Shown piece after piece: positions 12,776-24,109 of a stretch of DNA of 51,679 bases (the stretch's first letter is position 1; each line of letters begins with the position of its first letter). A program made the translations under genes and the position numbers. The DNA lies in the sequence record SRR31147125_10124, one strand, 5' to 3'. The notes under the pieces are model-generated. The model worked only from the letters and a program-made list of their open reading frames with translations, was not told the DNA's origin and did not search any database.

Positions 12776-12812
12776 TCTGGTCTCCTACTTCTATTTTTCA
12801 TATGCCAAAAAA

Positions 12813-14537
12813 CTAATCCGGAATTGATACAAACTTCTCCGGAATTTGATTTTTTTGAATAAACTGAAGCATTTTCTCAATAATTTCCGGATGTTCCGCA
12901 GCAACATTCTTTTCTTCCGGAATAGCTTTATTATCTTTGAAATTGAATAATTCTGTTTTGCTTGCATCATGACAGATGATCGCCTTCCAATATCCCATGC
13001 TGACAAAATATTGAACGTCATCATAGGCTGGCATTTTCCTTTTTAATTCCTGTTTGATCTTATCGAATTGTCGATCTCCAACAAGGTTGTAAAACTCGTC
13101 AGGATCTCGTGTTACATCATACAGTTCCTCAGAGCCATCATAATAGCGGGTATATCGCCATTTCTCTGTACGAACGCTGTGATTCCCGCGTCCAAAAGTT
13201 GTGATTACATGATCTGAAATTTCAGCATCCGGATCTTTCATGAGTGAAACCAGGCTTTTTCCCTCAAAATAATCTTCACCAGGCAGATTAATCATATCAA
13301 GTAGCGTCGGATAAAGATCTATGAGGCTGACTGGTTTATTACATTTCTCTCCAGTTGCATAACCATTACGGCTATTTTTTGCCGGCACGATAATTAACGG
13401 TACCCGGGTAGATTCTTCCCAGCCGGTAAACTTGCCCCAATGCTCTTTTTCACCCAAATGCCAGCCGTGATCACCCCATAAAACAATTGCCGTGTTATCA
13501 CGATACGGACTTTGATCAAGAGAATCCAGAACTCTGCCTATTTGAGCGTCAATAAATGCAACGCACGCCAGGTAACAGGAAATCGCTTCTCTCCATTGCT
13601 TATGTTCCACAACATTTTTATGCGTACCGGCTGTGTATTCTTTTAATGCCAGGTCCCTGGCCACCCGGGGAAGGTCAGATAAATCATCTTCTAAAACGTT
13701 GGGTAATTGTACTTTTTCTGGCGGAAATAAATCATAATATTTCTTGGGAACAAATAAAGGTATATGGGGCCGATAAATTCCAACACCAAGGAAAAAGGGC
13801 TTGTCTTGCTCTTGTTTTATTTTTTGAATTGCCCATTCAGCCGTTTGATAATCCCCCATTTCACTATCATCCACCGGTAAAGCACCCCAATCAAACGAAT
13901 CAATCCGTCTGCTTCCAAGATTTCGTTCACGAGGCATTTTATTTAATGGCAAAGTAACCTGTAGTTTTCCCGGTCCGCGGTCCACTTTACGGGTTATGAC
14001 TGATTTATCATCAGTAGCATTGAATTCTTTATCTGTATACATAATTTCTTTATCAGTAAAAGGTAACCATTTTTGATATGGAGGACCATAGTCTGTAAAA
14101 AGATCTGCGGGATAACGATCTATATTGCCATGTAACAATTTGCCAGCGCCGTAAGTACTGTATCCGGCATTTCTTAACGTTTGGGGTAAAGTTTTAAATT
14201 CACGACCTATTTTATCTAATTTATCACTGTTAGAAAAAATACCTGTGTTCCAGGGTTGTTTTCCGGTAAAAATGGCCCCTCTTGAAGGACCGCATATTGG
14301 TACAGCACAGTGGGCATTTGTAAACAACATACCTTGCTTGGCAAGACGGTCGATATTTGGCGTTCTCGCCTGGCGATGTCCACCAAGACAACCGATCCAA
14401 TCATTAAGGTCATCAATGGCGATGAATAGCACATTGTGTTTAGATGGCTTAACACTACAGCTTAATGCAAAAGGAGAGAGCGTTGCCGCTATTGATAATG
14501 TGGTCGTTTTCAAAAAACTTCGTCTGGAAATATCCAT
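12813..14537 (-). CDS. Sulfatase (S1_7/choline-sulfatase-like) with C-terminal extension, Tat-exported
   Basis: SRRSFLK; NVLFIAIDDLNDW; CGPSRGAIFTG; YRPHIP; WGDHGWHLGEKEHWGK (ORF track start 14558). Confidence 0.9.
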   Translation of the reverse strand: MDISRRSFLKTTTLSIAATLSPFALSCSVKPSKHNVLFIAIDDLNDWIGCLGGHRQARTPNIDRLAKQGMLFTNAHCAVPICGPSRGAIFTGKQPWNTGIFSNSDKLDKIGREFKTLPQTLRNAGYSTYGAGKLLHGNIDRYPADLFTDYGPPYQKWLPFTDKEIMYTDKEFNATDDKSVITRKVDRGPGKLQVTLPLNKMPRERNLGSRRIDSFDWGALPVDDSEMGDYQTAEWAIQKIKQEQDKPFFLGVGIYRPHIPLFVPKKYYDLFPPEKVQLPNVLEDDLSDLPRVARDLALKEYTAGTHKNVVEHKQWREAISCYLACVAFIDAQIGRVLDSLDQSPYRDNTAIVLWGDHGWHLGEKEHWGKFTGWEESTRVPLIIVPAKNSRNGYATGEKCNKPVSLIDLYPTLLDMINLPGEDYFEGKSLVSLMKDPDAEISDHVITTFGRGNHSVRTEKWRYTRYYDGSEELYDVTRDPDEFYNLVGDRQFDKIKQELKRKMPAYDDVQYFVSMGYWKAIICHDASKTELFNFKDNKAIPEEKNVAAEHPEIIEKMLQFIQKNQIPEKFVSIPD

Positions 14538-14599
14538 TATAATCCTTAGCTCCTGCAATTATCAATTTTTTCTTTGTATTGAGATACAACTTTTTTCAA

Positions 14600-16771
14600 T
14601 CATTGCAACAGTATCATCTTCTTCTGCGATTCAAAATGTGCTGTTTCAATCATATAAAAATATACACCAGATGCCAATCCGGATGCATCAAATTCAACCT
14701 GATGAAGTCCTGCATTTAAATGTCGATTCACAATATTTGCTACTTTATGCCCCAATATGTCATAAACAAAAAGTGTCGTATGTCCGGCTCTCATTAACGA
14801 AAAGGTAATCCTCGTTTTTGGATTAAATGGATTCGGGTAATTTTGATCCAGACGATACGCTAACGGCGTATGATTACCTGCTTCAACTCCAACTGTTTGT
14901 GTAAATGTTACTGTGAATGCTTTATTCGAATCCATCAATACACTCTGAGGATTATTGGCACCGATTAACGCACCGCCCCAATGGCTGAACATCCAGCCGT
15001 CATCCGGAATTGCTTCAATTTTCACTACCGTATTCTCCGGATATGATCCGCCGGGCGGATCAAATTCCACGGAGCCGGAGCCTGTTTTCCAAACAGCCAG
15101 CTTGTAGCGAATTGGTGGAATAAACGTAGCAGTTATGTCTTTATCACTGTCCATTACAAGCATTATAGGATTCTCTTTACTTTCAATATCACCGCTCCAA
15201 CCTGCGAATGAGTTATCTTCATCTGGGATAGCGGTTAATGTAACTGTTGTTCCTGATTCATAGATACCACCGGTTGGGTCCAGAATAACTTTGCCTGCGC
15301 CATTTCCAGTCATCTTAATTGTAAGAATTAGAGGTAAATCAGTACCCTTCATCCAGTCAGGACCAACATCAGCAGATGTCAATGGTTGACGGTGACCGCT
15401 ACCCAATTCATCCGCTCCACTATCTTTTTGATCATCCAGAAGAACGCCATCAATATCTTCAATCACATCCGAATAATTACCAACAGCGGCATCCACTGCC
15501 GGACTCTGGTCGGCAATCTGATACCAACCGTTTAATAATATTAAAGCCGGATCATCCACCACATATCCTGAATCAGGCACATCACCTAAATTGGCGCCAT
15601 TCAACATATTGCCTTCCCAAAATTGATTCAATCCCGCTTTGTTCGGATCCTGAGCATAGCATCGTCCACTATTATCCATGTTGACGATATTGTTGGCAAT
15701 TATATTGTCTTTTGGAGGTAGAATGATCGGGTCATCACTATCCCAATATCCTGAATAAATACCTTCTGCGCAGTTCACGATCGTATTATGGGCGATGACA
15801 ATACTGTCTGCCCGAACATGTCCGCCTTTATCCGGGATATAATCGGTATGATCCATACCTGCATAAAGAGCAATAGCACTGCGCTGACCCACACCGCCTA
15901 AATCCTGAAGATAATTATTGATGATCTTATGCCCACGATGTGTAATTCGGATGCCGCCAGTATTAGACTCACCATTTCCGAAAAAATAGTTGCCTTCAAC
16001 AACACAGTTCGTTCCCTGTCGCAATGTCAGCGTTCCCTGACACTCTTCAAAGGTGTTGTAGCGATAAATATTATTATGGCACTTGTTTGAAATGATTTCT
16101 ATTTCCCCGCTACAGCGGTAAAAATAATTATACTCGGCAATGATATTGCCTTCAAGATCAGAGTAAGCACCGGATGACACTTTTAATGATTCATATCCGT
16201 TCCCATTCCCTTCTGGTTTGTCTGCAAAATGGTTGTGATCAATCCTGTGATACCCATAAGGAGCACTAGACAAAGATACAAGCACCGTTACTCCACTATG
16301 TCTTTTCCCCTTGAATAAACAATGATCTAACCGGTGATGCGAACCTTTTAGTACAATCCAATGATATCGGGTTGATTCCTGAGGAGGATTATATTCAGAA
16401 ACTTGTGTGTTTGTAACACGGCAGTGATGGCTACCTCCTTCAAATTCAATAGCACTGTCTAAATTATAACCGCCAATAAAACGTAATCCGTCCACTTTTA
16501 AATATGTTCCCTTAATGCTGAGTCGGGAATTGCCAGTTAATATGACGTGTCCAGGCGTTTCTACCCGAAGAATGATCGAATCACTTTCAACACCATCTCC
16601 ATTAAATGTAATTTGCTCATTAGTCCAAATTCCATTAGTCATGGTCAATGTATCGCCAGGCTGCGCATTGTTCATTGCCACATTTATGTCTCCAGCACTG
16701 GACACATAATATTCTGTTGCGAATGATATCGAATTTAATATCACAACGAAAACAAATAGTACTATTCTCAC
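14600..16771 (-). CDS. PL6 lyase (chondroitinase B/alginate lyase beta-helix) + two InlB-B-like repeats + T9SS-type C-terminal sorting domain
   Basis: AQPGDTL, ETPGHVILTG, RIDHNHF, EIEIISNK, GTLTLRQG, TGGIRI; two G.Y..GT.V.L.A.P...F..W.G repeats; LDQNYPNPFNP...LASGVYFY tail. Confidence 0.9.
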   Translation of the reverse strand: MRIVLFVFVVILNSISFATEYYVSSAGDINVAMNNAQPGDTLTMTNGIWTNEQITFNGDGVESDSIILRVETPGHVILTGNSRLSIKGTYLKVDGLRFIGGYNLDSAIEFEGGSHHCRVTNTQVSEYNPPQESTRYHWIVLKGSHHRLDHCLFKGKRHSGVTVLVSLSSAPYGYHRIDHNHFADKPEGNGNGYESLKVSSGAYSDLEGNIIAEYNYFYRCSGEIEIISNKCHNNIYRYNTFEECQGTLTLRQGTNCVVEGNYFFGNGESNTGGIRITHRGHKIINNYLQDLGGVGQRSAIALYAGMDHTDYIPDKGGHVRADSIVIAHNTIVNCAEGIYSGYWDSDDPIILPPKDNIIANNIVNMDNSGRCYAQDPNKAGLNQFWEGNMLNGANLGDVPDSGYVVDDPALILLNGWYQIADQSPAVDAAVGNYSDVIEDIDGVLLDDQKDSGADELGSGHRQPLTSADVGPDWMKGTDLPLILTIKMTGNGAGKVILDPTGGIYESGTTVTLTAIPDEDNSFAGWSGDIESKENPIMLVMDSDKDITATFIPPIRYKLAVWKTGSGSVEFDPPGGSYPENTVVKIEAIPDDGWMFSHWGGALIGANNPQSVLMDSNKAFTVTFTQTVGVEAGNHTPLAYRLDQNYPNPFNPKTRITFSLMRAGHTTLFVYDILGHKVANIVNRHLNAGLHQVEFDASGLASGVYFYMIETAHFESQKKMILLQ

Positions 16772-16836
16772 ATTTGCTCCAAAATCAAAAGTTTGGCATA
16801 CCTGTTAGTTTTAATCTATTTAGGATAAAATCTGTA

Positions 16837-18230
16837 TCATTTAGCTACTGGCGGAACAATTGCAGACAAATCTGCCACATAAACTTTCCGGGTGCCATTT
16901 TCAACGCCATTAATCGCTACATGTGTGTAGGTGCGTGTGTCCCAGGCCGGATGCAGGTCTACACGCATTTCATTTGCCTCGGAAGGATCATTTTCAAATA
17001 AGGGAGTAGCCGCCTTCATCCGGACCAGTGTTTCCTTTTTGTCTGTTTCGAGATCGATCAACCACAATGGTGCAGTATCATCACCAAAAGCAACAGGTTC
17101 ATTGGGATATGCATCGGTCATCAGAAATTTCTCACTTGGATGTAAACTGTTATGACCACGGTTTGCTGGTTCTGGTGTAATACTTTTACGGTCAGTACCA
17201 TCATACCTTGCTCCCACAAACCTTAATCCCTTGCCATCTACAAACAAATTCATCATTACATGCTCTCCATCCGGCTGCCAATTGGGATGGTTACCGCCTT
17301 TATCAGCCCATTCAGAAGAAGGAATAGCCAGACATATATCATCACCATCTCGTGTCATAGTCATTAACATGGGTTTTCTTTTTTATCATTCTCGGGCATA
17401 TAACGCAGGACCAGCATAATGCGATCGCTTTGGGCGTTCCACTTTGTATGAAAACCATAAAAATCACCTTTGCCATATCGGTTTACATCAATTTTAGGTA
17501 TTGCTTCATCTACAATTCGTTTATAAGATGCAATCATTCGGGTTTCGCCGGTTATTGTATTTGTAACAAATACACCGTCATCATCAACCAGACCTTTATT
17601 TACAGGTACGTATTTATCAGGAACAATGACTCCATAACCCGCTTGAGTAGCACCAATACGACGCAGACAAGTGCTTACAGCCCATTTCCCATCAGGAGAA
17701 ACCATGTAAATGGTGCCATCCAGTTTCATTTTTTCTCCGGTCAGAGGATTCATCTTTACACCGTATGGCATCCATGTACTGGTATCCATGTCGTTATAAA
17801 ACAATTGAGTATCATCAGCACCCCATTGTACTTGTGCCCCTAATTGTGTATCCCAACCTCTTGTTTCAGCAATAATCTTTTGTTCTCCGGTAATCAAATC
17901 GACCAAAACAATCTCTGCTATCTCTCCAGGATCAGGGGTACGATCTTCACGAGATAGTCGGGTTAATCCCAGGTACCGTCCGGATGGGCTGAACGGCGAG
18001 GAGCTATGAAAACGATGGATACAACGATCCAAATCTGGTGTAACACACCAGATGGGGACCTTGGGATCAAATTTTGTATATTTGGGGAAAACCTTATTGA
18101 AATTATATTTCAAACTTGAGTTATTATTTTCTACAGCACACCCCAAAGTACTTGCTATACCGATGCCACTAACACCCACTATTGAGTGTCTTATAAAATC
18201 CCGTCTCGTCCACTCTAATTGTTTTTCCAT
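16837..18230 (-). pseudogene. Tat-exported TolB-like/oligogalacturonate-lyase-like beta-propeller protein, split by a frameshift (ORFs 17364-18281 and 16837-17370)
   Basis: TRRDFIR; SPFSPSGRYL, RGWDTQLGAQVQW, HTKWN, NHPNW, MTDAYP, RVDLHPAW. One extra A in the run at 17379-17384 gives NDKKRKPMLMTM in a single frame. Confidence 0.8.
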
Positions 18231-18419
18231 AGTAATTTCCTTTATTGATTGACTGCTACATGATTTTCTAATGGATGTCAAGGTGTTGAACTCCTCACCC
18301 TGTTACAGCCCATTATATTGAATATTTTCATGAAAACAAATTTTTAACAATTCTCTTCATTTAATATACTCCAGTGTTCTCTTCACCAAATAAATAACTA
18401 TATCTTATTTTTTAAAGCA

Positions 18420-20606
18420 CTATCTCATCAATATCATTTTCTTGGTTGAAGAAAAATTTCCTGACTGAATTTCATAAAAATACACTCCGGATGCCAACCT
18501 GGAAGCATCGAACCTGACTTGACGTAAACCTTCATTCAAATAATCTTTTACAATTTCTGCTACTTTATGTCCCAATATATCATAAACATAAATTGTTGTG
18601 AATCCTGCATTCTTTAACGAAAATGGTATAGTCGTTGTCGGATTAAAAGGATTTGGATAATTTGCATCTAACCGATACGTTAAAGCTTTACTATCGTTAT
18701 TAGTAACATTCACAGTTTGTGTAAAAGTAACTGTTATTGCTTTATCTGAATCCATCAACAGACTATCGGGATTATTGGTTCCTGATAGAGCACCACTCCA
18801 ATGACTGAATATCCAGTTTTCATCTGGATTTGCTTCGATCTTCACCATCGTACTCTCTGGGTATTGACCATTCGGAGGATCAAATATTACAGACCCGGAT
18901 CCAATTTTCCACACAGATATCTGAAACGTAACAGGAACTGTAAAAATAGCACTAACTTTTTTATGCGTATCCATTACAATGGTTGCTGGATTTTCATTGC
19001 CGCTGATATCACCGCTCCAACCCTCAAATTGATGCTCTTCATTGGCTATAGCTGTGAGTGTTACGGTTGTTCCCTGTTCATAAATACCACCAGGTGGATC
19101 AAGAATAACCTTTCCAAACCCATCACCGTCTTTACTTACCGATAATGTTACCGGCAAATTGGGTTGCTGAATCCAAACAGGGCCTACTTCTTGCTTGTTT
19201 AGGGGATGATTGGTAATAGGAGCATCGGAGCGTTCATCCGCCCCGACATCAGCTCTGCCGTCATTGCGGAGCTGACCATCGATATCAAAAGTCACTTGTG
19301 TATAGTCACCTATGGCAGCATCGATTGCCGGACTGCTGCTCCAGGGTCGCCATAGTCTATCTGTATCCTGTATCAGCCCGGGATCAACGGTATCGATACC
19401 GGTGGTAAACGAAATGCCGATAGGAATACCATACATGATATTCCCCTCATAAGCCATTCCAGTCACCTCTTCGTGGTAATGAACTAGTTCCCCATCCGGA
19501 TTATAAACGATATTATTGGCGAATGTTAAATTTCGGGGCGGCACTACTCTGCCGGAGCTGCTGCTTCTACCGGTACCGATTTCGATTGAATATTTACAGT
19601 TGACTATGGTATTAAAGGCGGCCAAAACATTTTCGACTTCGGGAATACCGACTTGTGCGGTCATATAGGATAGCGCACCACGCCACTCGTTGTCACCGTG
19701 AAGATTTTCAAAATAGTTATTGGTGATGACATGATCCTTGCTGTACATACGAACGCCACCTGTGCCGTGTTTATTATTGCCGATAAAAAAATTGTTATAG
19801 ATGCGGTTGGCCACATTTTTACGACAGGTCAACGAACCTATGCATTCCAGAAATGTATTTCGTCTCAGGTCATTGTCGCCGGTTTTGAGCGAGATGATTT
19901 CTCCTTCGCCATCACAGTGATAAAACAGGTTATCCTCGACAATGGTTTTGCCGGCGGCTATTTCCGGTCCCTGTATGCGAATAGTCTCCCAGCCATTTCC
20001 GGTTTTGCCTGGTGGCAGATCCCCAAAATAGTTGTGATCGATACGTGAATAGCTGGGTCCGTCAACAGGGACGACAATTTTCAACAGCGCATCCTGATGG
20101 TTTTTGCCGCTGAAATAACAGTGGTCGATTCTGTTATGGGTACCTTTTGCTTGGACCCATTTGTAAAACAGTCTCCAATCATCGGGATTGCAATTGATCA
20201 TTGCCGTATTGGTCAAACGGCAGTGATATGATTCTGAGCCAAAATCAATAAGATGGACCTTGTAATCGACCATATATGCATTAAGAAAATAGAGACCGTC
20301 AATAACAAGGTAATGTCCGTTTACCTTCAGTCGCGATCTGCCCGTCAGGATGACATGTCCGGGGGTCTCAGCCCGGAGAAGAATTGGATTCTCCGCGGTA
20401 CCATTTCCATTGAAATCAATGTCTTCATCCACCCAGCTTTTATTTGTCATTATCAGAGTATCACCGGGTTGAGCATTGGCCATGATTGTGCGTATCTCAT
20501 TTGCATTATTGACATAGTACTCAGTGGCAAATAACGCTTTACTGATTAACAGTAGAATAATAAGAATCCCAGCGGTTCGTTTAAATCTAATCATATTTCT
20601 TTGCAT
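18420..20606 (-). CDS. PL6 lyase + two InlB-B-like repeats + T9SS-type C-terminal sorting domain (paralog of 14600-16771)
   Basis: AQPGDTL, RIDHNYFG, NGWETIRI, EGEIISLK, GSLTCR, TGGVRM; ANYPNPFNP...LASGVYFY tail. Confidence 0.9.
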   Translation of the reverse strand: MQRNMIRFKRTAGILIILLLISKALFATEYYVNNANEIRTIMANAQPGDTLIMTNKSWVDEDIDFNGNGTAENPILLRAETPGHVILTGRSRLKVNGHYLVIDGLYFLNAYMVDYKVHLIDFGSESYHCRLTNTAMINCNPDDWRLFYKWVQAKGTHNRIDHCYFSGKNHQDALLKIVVPVDGPSYSRIDHNYFGDLPPGKTGNGWETIRIQGPEIAAGKTIVEDNLFYHCDGEGEIISLKTGDNDLRRNTFLECIGSLTCRKNVANRIYNNFFIGNNKHGTGGVRMYSKDHVITNNYFENLHGDNEWRGALSYMTAQVGIPEVENVLAAFNTIVNCKYSIEIGTGRSSSSGRVVPPRNLTFANNIVYNPDGELVHYHEEVTGMAYEGNIMYGIPIGISFTTGIDTVDPGLIQDTDRLWRPWSSSPAIDAAIGDYTQVTFDIDGQLRNDGRADVGADERSDAPITNHPLNKQEVGPVWIQQPNLPVTLSVSKDGDGFGKVILDPPGGIYEQGTTVTLTAIANEEHQFEGWSGDISGNENPATIVMDTHKKVSAIFTVPVTFQISVWKIGSGSVIFDPPNGQYPESTMVKIEANPDENWIFSHWSGALSGTNNPDSLLMDSDKAITVTFTQTVNVTNNDSKALTYRLDANYPNPFNPTTTIPFSLKNAGFTTIYVYDILGHKVAEIVKDYLNEGLRQVRFDASRLASGVYFYEIQSGNFSSTKKMILMR

Positions 20607-20627
20607 CGAGTTCGAATAATATTTGAG

Positions 20628-22298
20628 TTATTTACTTGCTAATCGTTTCTTCAATTGATATTCATAGAGTGATGGTACTGCTATATCGGGGTTATTGATG
20701 CCTTCCATATAAGCATCCGGCCCATAAGTGATTTCCATGGGATAATTCGCAGTGAATCCAACCAATCGTGCTGATGGACCGTCGGTAACACCCAAGATTT
20801 TAATTGGCTGTCCATCAGAATTATCGTATGCAAACTGTATTTGAGTATTCCAGAATGTCGAAAATGCACCATGTGTTGGCGCCCAGTAACCTGCACCACC
20901 AGCATAGATAAATGAGCGTTCAGGGTCATCTTCAATGATTTTTATATTATCAAAAAGATTCTGGTGGTTTGCCCCGCTATGCTGATCTAATGATGGCGCC
21001 CTGGTCACGGTTGAATTCGTAAACACACAACTCCTGGCTCCCGTGTTGAAACTCAATGAGTGAAGCACGTGGGCCTTTACCTGGATATTCTGCGCAAGCA
21101 TGTCATAACAGTCGCCAAATTGCACTGCATAATGGTATTTTCTTCCAGTAACAGTAACGTCTTTTACGGTAACATTAGCACAATTATCGGAAATAAATCC
21201 GCTGTCACCATTTTTAATCGTAACATCATTGACCCAGGAATGGGCTGTATTTGTCATGTAAATTGCATTATAACCATATTCGAGATGATGGGCATAATAT
21301 TCTTCAAATGCAAACTGGAATCGAATATGCTCAATACCCACTTCTGAAATATGCTTCCATTCTGTTATTCGAGGAAACCATTCCGGCTTTAAATCATGCA
21401 GCAGTGGTTCCTTGATGGTGACTAAATTTCCTTCGATTTTCTCAACTGTGACCTCCTGTTTGATAACCGGAATGTCAGGAGATTCCCAGTGCCGGCGGCC
21501 AACAACAACAGGCTTATTATCATACATGTGCTTTATCAACGATGAATTTTCTCCATCCCGATTATACCAGTTAATCCGAACAATCATGCCGGCATTCAAT
21601 TTGGTCGCATTTTCTACCTCAAAGGTGTGTTCGCCACGTTTTCCGCCTTTAATTGAAGCCATTTCTATGTGTTCTTTATTATATTTCGACATGTATGCCT
21701 TGGCACGTTCTCCGGGGACGCGTGTCCAGATATATCCACCGGACCAGGCATAGAGCGAAAATGTTTCATCAATTCCGCGTTCCGGCTCTCGTTGCCTTTT
21801 CTTGTTCACAATCAGATATTCCTGCAATTCTTTCAAATCATCAGGTGTTTTTAATTTATTTAATGGGTGCGGCATGTAAATAATTGTGCCATCCGGTCCA
21901 CTGCCTGCGCCCTGTACGACAAAGTTACTTCTGTCTATATACAAAATATCCTTCAGAATAAATTTGCCCTTGGGAAATTTTACCACAACAGGTCCATCCA
22001 ACTCATTAGCCACAGCAAACGCTTTGAGCAACGCACCAGTATCATCTTTGCCATCATTAGCAATAGCACCATAGCTTGTTACGTTCAACTTTGCCTTCTC
22101 GCTCGGGATCGGATCTTCTCCCCAATGATAACCTGCATACGAAAAATCCGGAAGATAGTGTTGTTTCTGAACTTCCTCTGACAGGATTTCGGGCATCCAT
22201 TTGTTTCCATAAGTGCTGTAAGTGCCCTTGCAGCTAAAAACGAATACAAGTGCGAGAAGCATCAATCCTAATCTAAATAAACTTTTATAATTCTTCAT
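20628..22298 (-). CDS. Pectin-lyase-fold (pectate_lyase_3-like) beta-helix lipoprotein
   Basis: LPDFSYAGY, NVTSYGAIANDGKDDT, FPKGKF, EVGIE, HSGANHQNLFDN; lipobox VFSC; SD AAAGGAG before MKNYK (ORF track start 22346). Confidence 0.8.
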   Translation of the reverse strand: MKNYKSLFRLGLMLLALVFVFSCKGTYSTYGNKWMPEILSEEVQKQHYLPDFSYAGYHWGEDPIPSEKAKLNVTSYGAIANDGKDDTGALLKAFAVANELDGPVVVKFPKGKFILKDILYIDRSNFVVQGAGSGPDGTIIYMPHPLNKLKTPDDLKELQEYLIVNKKRQREPERGIDETFSLYAWSGGYIWTRVPGERAKAYMSKYNKEHIEMASIKGGKRGEHTFEVENATKLNAGMIVRINWYNRDGENSSLIKHMYDNKPVVVGRRHWESPDIPVIKQEVTVEKIEGNLVTIKEPLLHDLKPEWFPRITEWKHISEVGIEHIRFQFAFEEYYAHHLEYGYNAIYMTNTAHSWVNDVTIKNGDSGFISDNCANVTVKDVTVTGRKYHYAVQFGDCYDMLAQNIQVKAHVLHSLSFNTGARSCVFTNSTVTRAPSLDQHSGANHQNLFDNIKIIEDDPERSFIYAGGAGYWAPTHGAFSTFWNTQIQFAYDNSDGQPIKILGVTDGPSARLVGFTANYPMEITYGPDAYMEGINNPDIAVPSLYEYQLKKRLASK

Positions 22299-22337
22299 GT
22301 TACTCCTTTTGCAAATCGTGCAAATTTGATATTCATT

Positions 22338-22403
22338 TTTTGTCACTAAGGCACAAGGGCATTATGTTAGCTAATTTCATACCTTTGCATCTTGGTGACA
22401 AAA
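22338..22403. repeat. Imperfect REP-like intergenic inverted repeat
   Basis: TTTTGTCACTAAGGCACAAGG ... CCTTTGCATCTTGGTGACAAAA. Confidence 0.55.
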
Positions 22404-22436
22404 CCTTTTCCAATTTTGCAGGATTTATTGATATTT

Positions 22437-22468
22437 CTACCGGGTGAACATTTCATTCCACCCGGTAG
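22437..22468 (-). terminator. GC-rich stem-loop after the uptake module (terminator or mRNA-stabilising hairpin)
   Basis: Perfect 10-bp stem CTACCGGGTG/CACCCGGTAG just downstream of the 22514 stop; no U-tract on the minus strand. Confidence 0.6.
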
Positions 22469-22513
22469 CCATCATTGTTATAATCTTACCAACCTGGAGA
22501 CATTACTACCAAT

Positions 22514-24016
22514 CTATTTTAATAATGTCATTTTCCTTGTTCTCGATTGGCCATCAGCCGTGATTTGGTAGAAATAAATTCCAGATGCAATGTTTGAGGC
22601 ATTCCATGATACACTATGAGTGCCGGCCTGTATCTGACCATCAACAAGAGTTTCAACCAGTCTACCGGTGATATCGAACACGCTTATATTCACATTGGAT
22701 CTGTTTTCAATCGAATAATCAATAGTGGTGACCGGGTTGAATGGATTGGGATAGTTTTGTGATAATACAAAATCAACTGGAGCTGAGATATCTTTTCCGG
22801 ATACAAATGTCGCATTTGTTGCCCAGCGAAGGTCACCTAGAGCGCCGCCATCATGGGCCTTACCATAGGCGGGAGAACCAGGCAGAAGCGTAAAGTCGCC
22901 ATTTGCAGCATCTGCGAACATAGGATCAAAATTATAGATCGTTGCGACATCTACGGTACCGGGAGCACCAAAAGTATACCTTCCTGCGGCTATTTCAAAT
23001 CCATTTTCGAGTATAAACGGCCACGTCTCCACTGTGTCTGGTATATCCATAGCTGGTGCAACATTAAAAGCACAGATATTACTGAGGCTTGAACTTGCTT
23101 TTTCAATAGAAATGATTTTGTTGTCTTTTTTGATTGTGTCCGGGCTCGCAACAATTAAATTTCTTACTATTGTATTTTCACAATCATCGACCAGCATAAC
23201 CTGCGGGTAAGAATTATAAACGGTTACATTTTCTACGGTTATTGCGGCATCAACCGTGGTTGAATCTTTATCCCCTTTAACTGTAATTAATCCCTGCACC
23301 TTTGGACCATTGCCGCAATGATTAAACGTACAATTCCTTACAATAAGAGATTCGACTGCCCTGATCACTCCATCCCTGCCACTTGCTTTTTGCACCAGAA
23401 TTGCTTCGTCAGCATTATTTTCAAACGTGCAATTTTCAAATCGTACAGTACCGGCCGTTCCAAAATCACGGACTCTGAAGAAAGATCCTTTATTATCAGA
23501 TTCTGGAGAAGCCTTCTCATAGCAATTGCTAAAATCACAATCTTCTACAATAACATTGGGAAGAACATTCCGGTCAGCCTCATCATTTCTTACAACTGCT
23601 ATAAAATCGTCATTATCAAAGGGATTCAACGATCCGTCTGCAAACCTGCCATCAAACTTGATGCCCTGTAACTTCAAGGTGATACTTTCCGTAAGGTGGC
23701 TTTCATCAATTAACAAAAAGTTATCTAACGTATCACCGGGAATAATCATCGGCTTTTCTGCCAATCCTTCTTTTGCGCGGATGGTCAGATCATACATTAC
23801 AGAATCAGCGGCATTTAAGGTGTACACGCCACCATCTGTGACTAATTCAATGACAGGGTCCACAACAGCGCCAGTGTTTACATACAATAATGCTGCTGTC
23901 AGGTTAGCACCTTCTCCCGCACCTGCTTCAACGGGCAATACTGTTTGTGAATAGCCAATACCTGCGATGCACAATACAGCCGACATCGTAACGAACGTCA
24001 TTTTAAAGACCTTCAT
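22514..24016 (-). CDS. Secreted beta-helix protein with DUF5123-like end and T9SS-type C-terminal sorting domain; probable surface glycan-binding protein
   Basis: Signal peptide; parallel beta-helix repeats (VIVEDCDF, VRFENCTF, LIVRNCTF); DPMFADAANGDFTL...GDLRW; LSQNYPNPFNP tail; SD GGAGG. Confidence 0.75.
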   Translation of the reverse strand: MKVFKMTFVTMSAVLCIAGIGYSQTVLPVEAGAGEGANLTAALLYVNTGAVVDPVIELVTDGGVYTLNAADSVMYDLTIRAKEGLAEKPMIIPGDTLDNFLLIDESHLTESITLKLQGIKFDGRFADGSLNPFDNDDFIAVVRNDEADRNVLPNVIVEDCDFSNCYEKASPESDNKGSFFRVRDFGTAGTVRFENCTFENNADEAILVQKASGRDGVIRAVESLIVRNCTFNHCGNGPKVQGLITVKGDKDSTTVDAAITVENVTVYNSYPQVMLVDDCENTIVRNLIVASPDTIKKDNKIISIEKASSSLSNICAFNVAPAMDIPDTVETWPFILENGFEIAAGRYTFGAPGTVDVATIYNFDPMFADAANGDFTLLPGSPAYGKAHDGGALGDLRWATNATFVSGKDISAPVDFVLSQNYPNPFNPVTTIDYSIENRSNVNISVFDITGRLVETLVDGQIQAGTHSVSWNASNIASGIYFYQITADGQSRTRKMTLLK

Positions 24017-24109
24017 TTAGTCCTCCATTAATTTAAATGAATGTAATTAAGTTACAGCTAAAATTATTTGTTTCTTTGTACCTCCTTTCCGGTTCGAACC
24101 ATTCATGCT

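Noticed and set aside
17370-17390. Programmed -1 ribosomal frameshift at AAAAAAG
   Set aside because: The A_AAA_AAG heptamer is out of phase with the upstream reading frame (GAT AAA AAA GAA)
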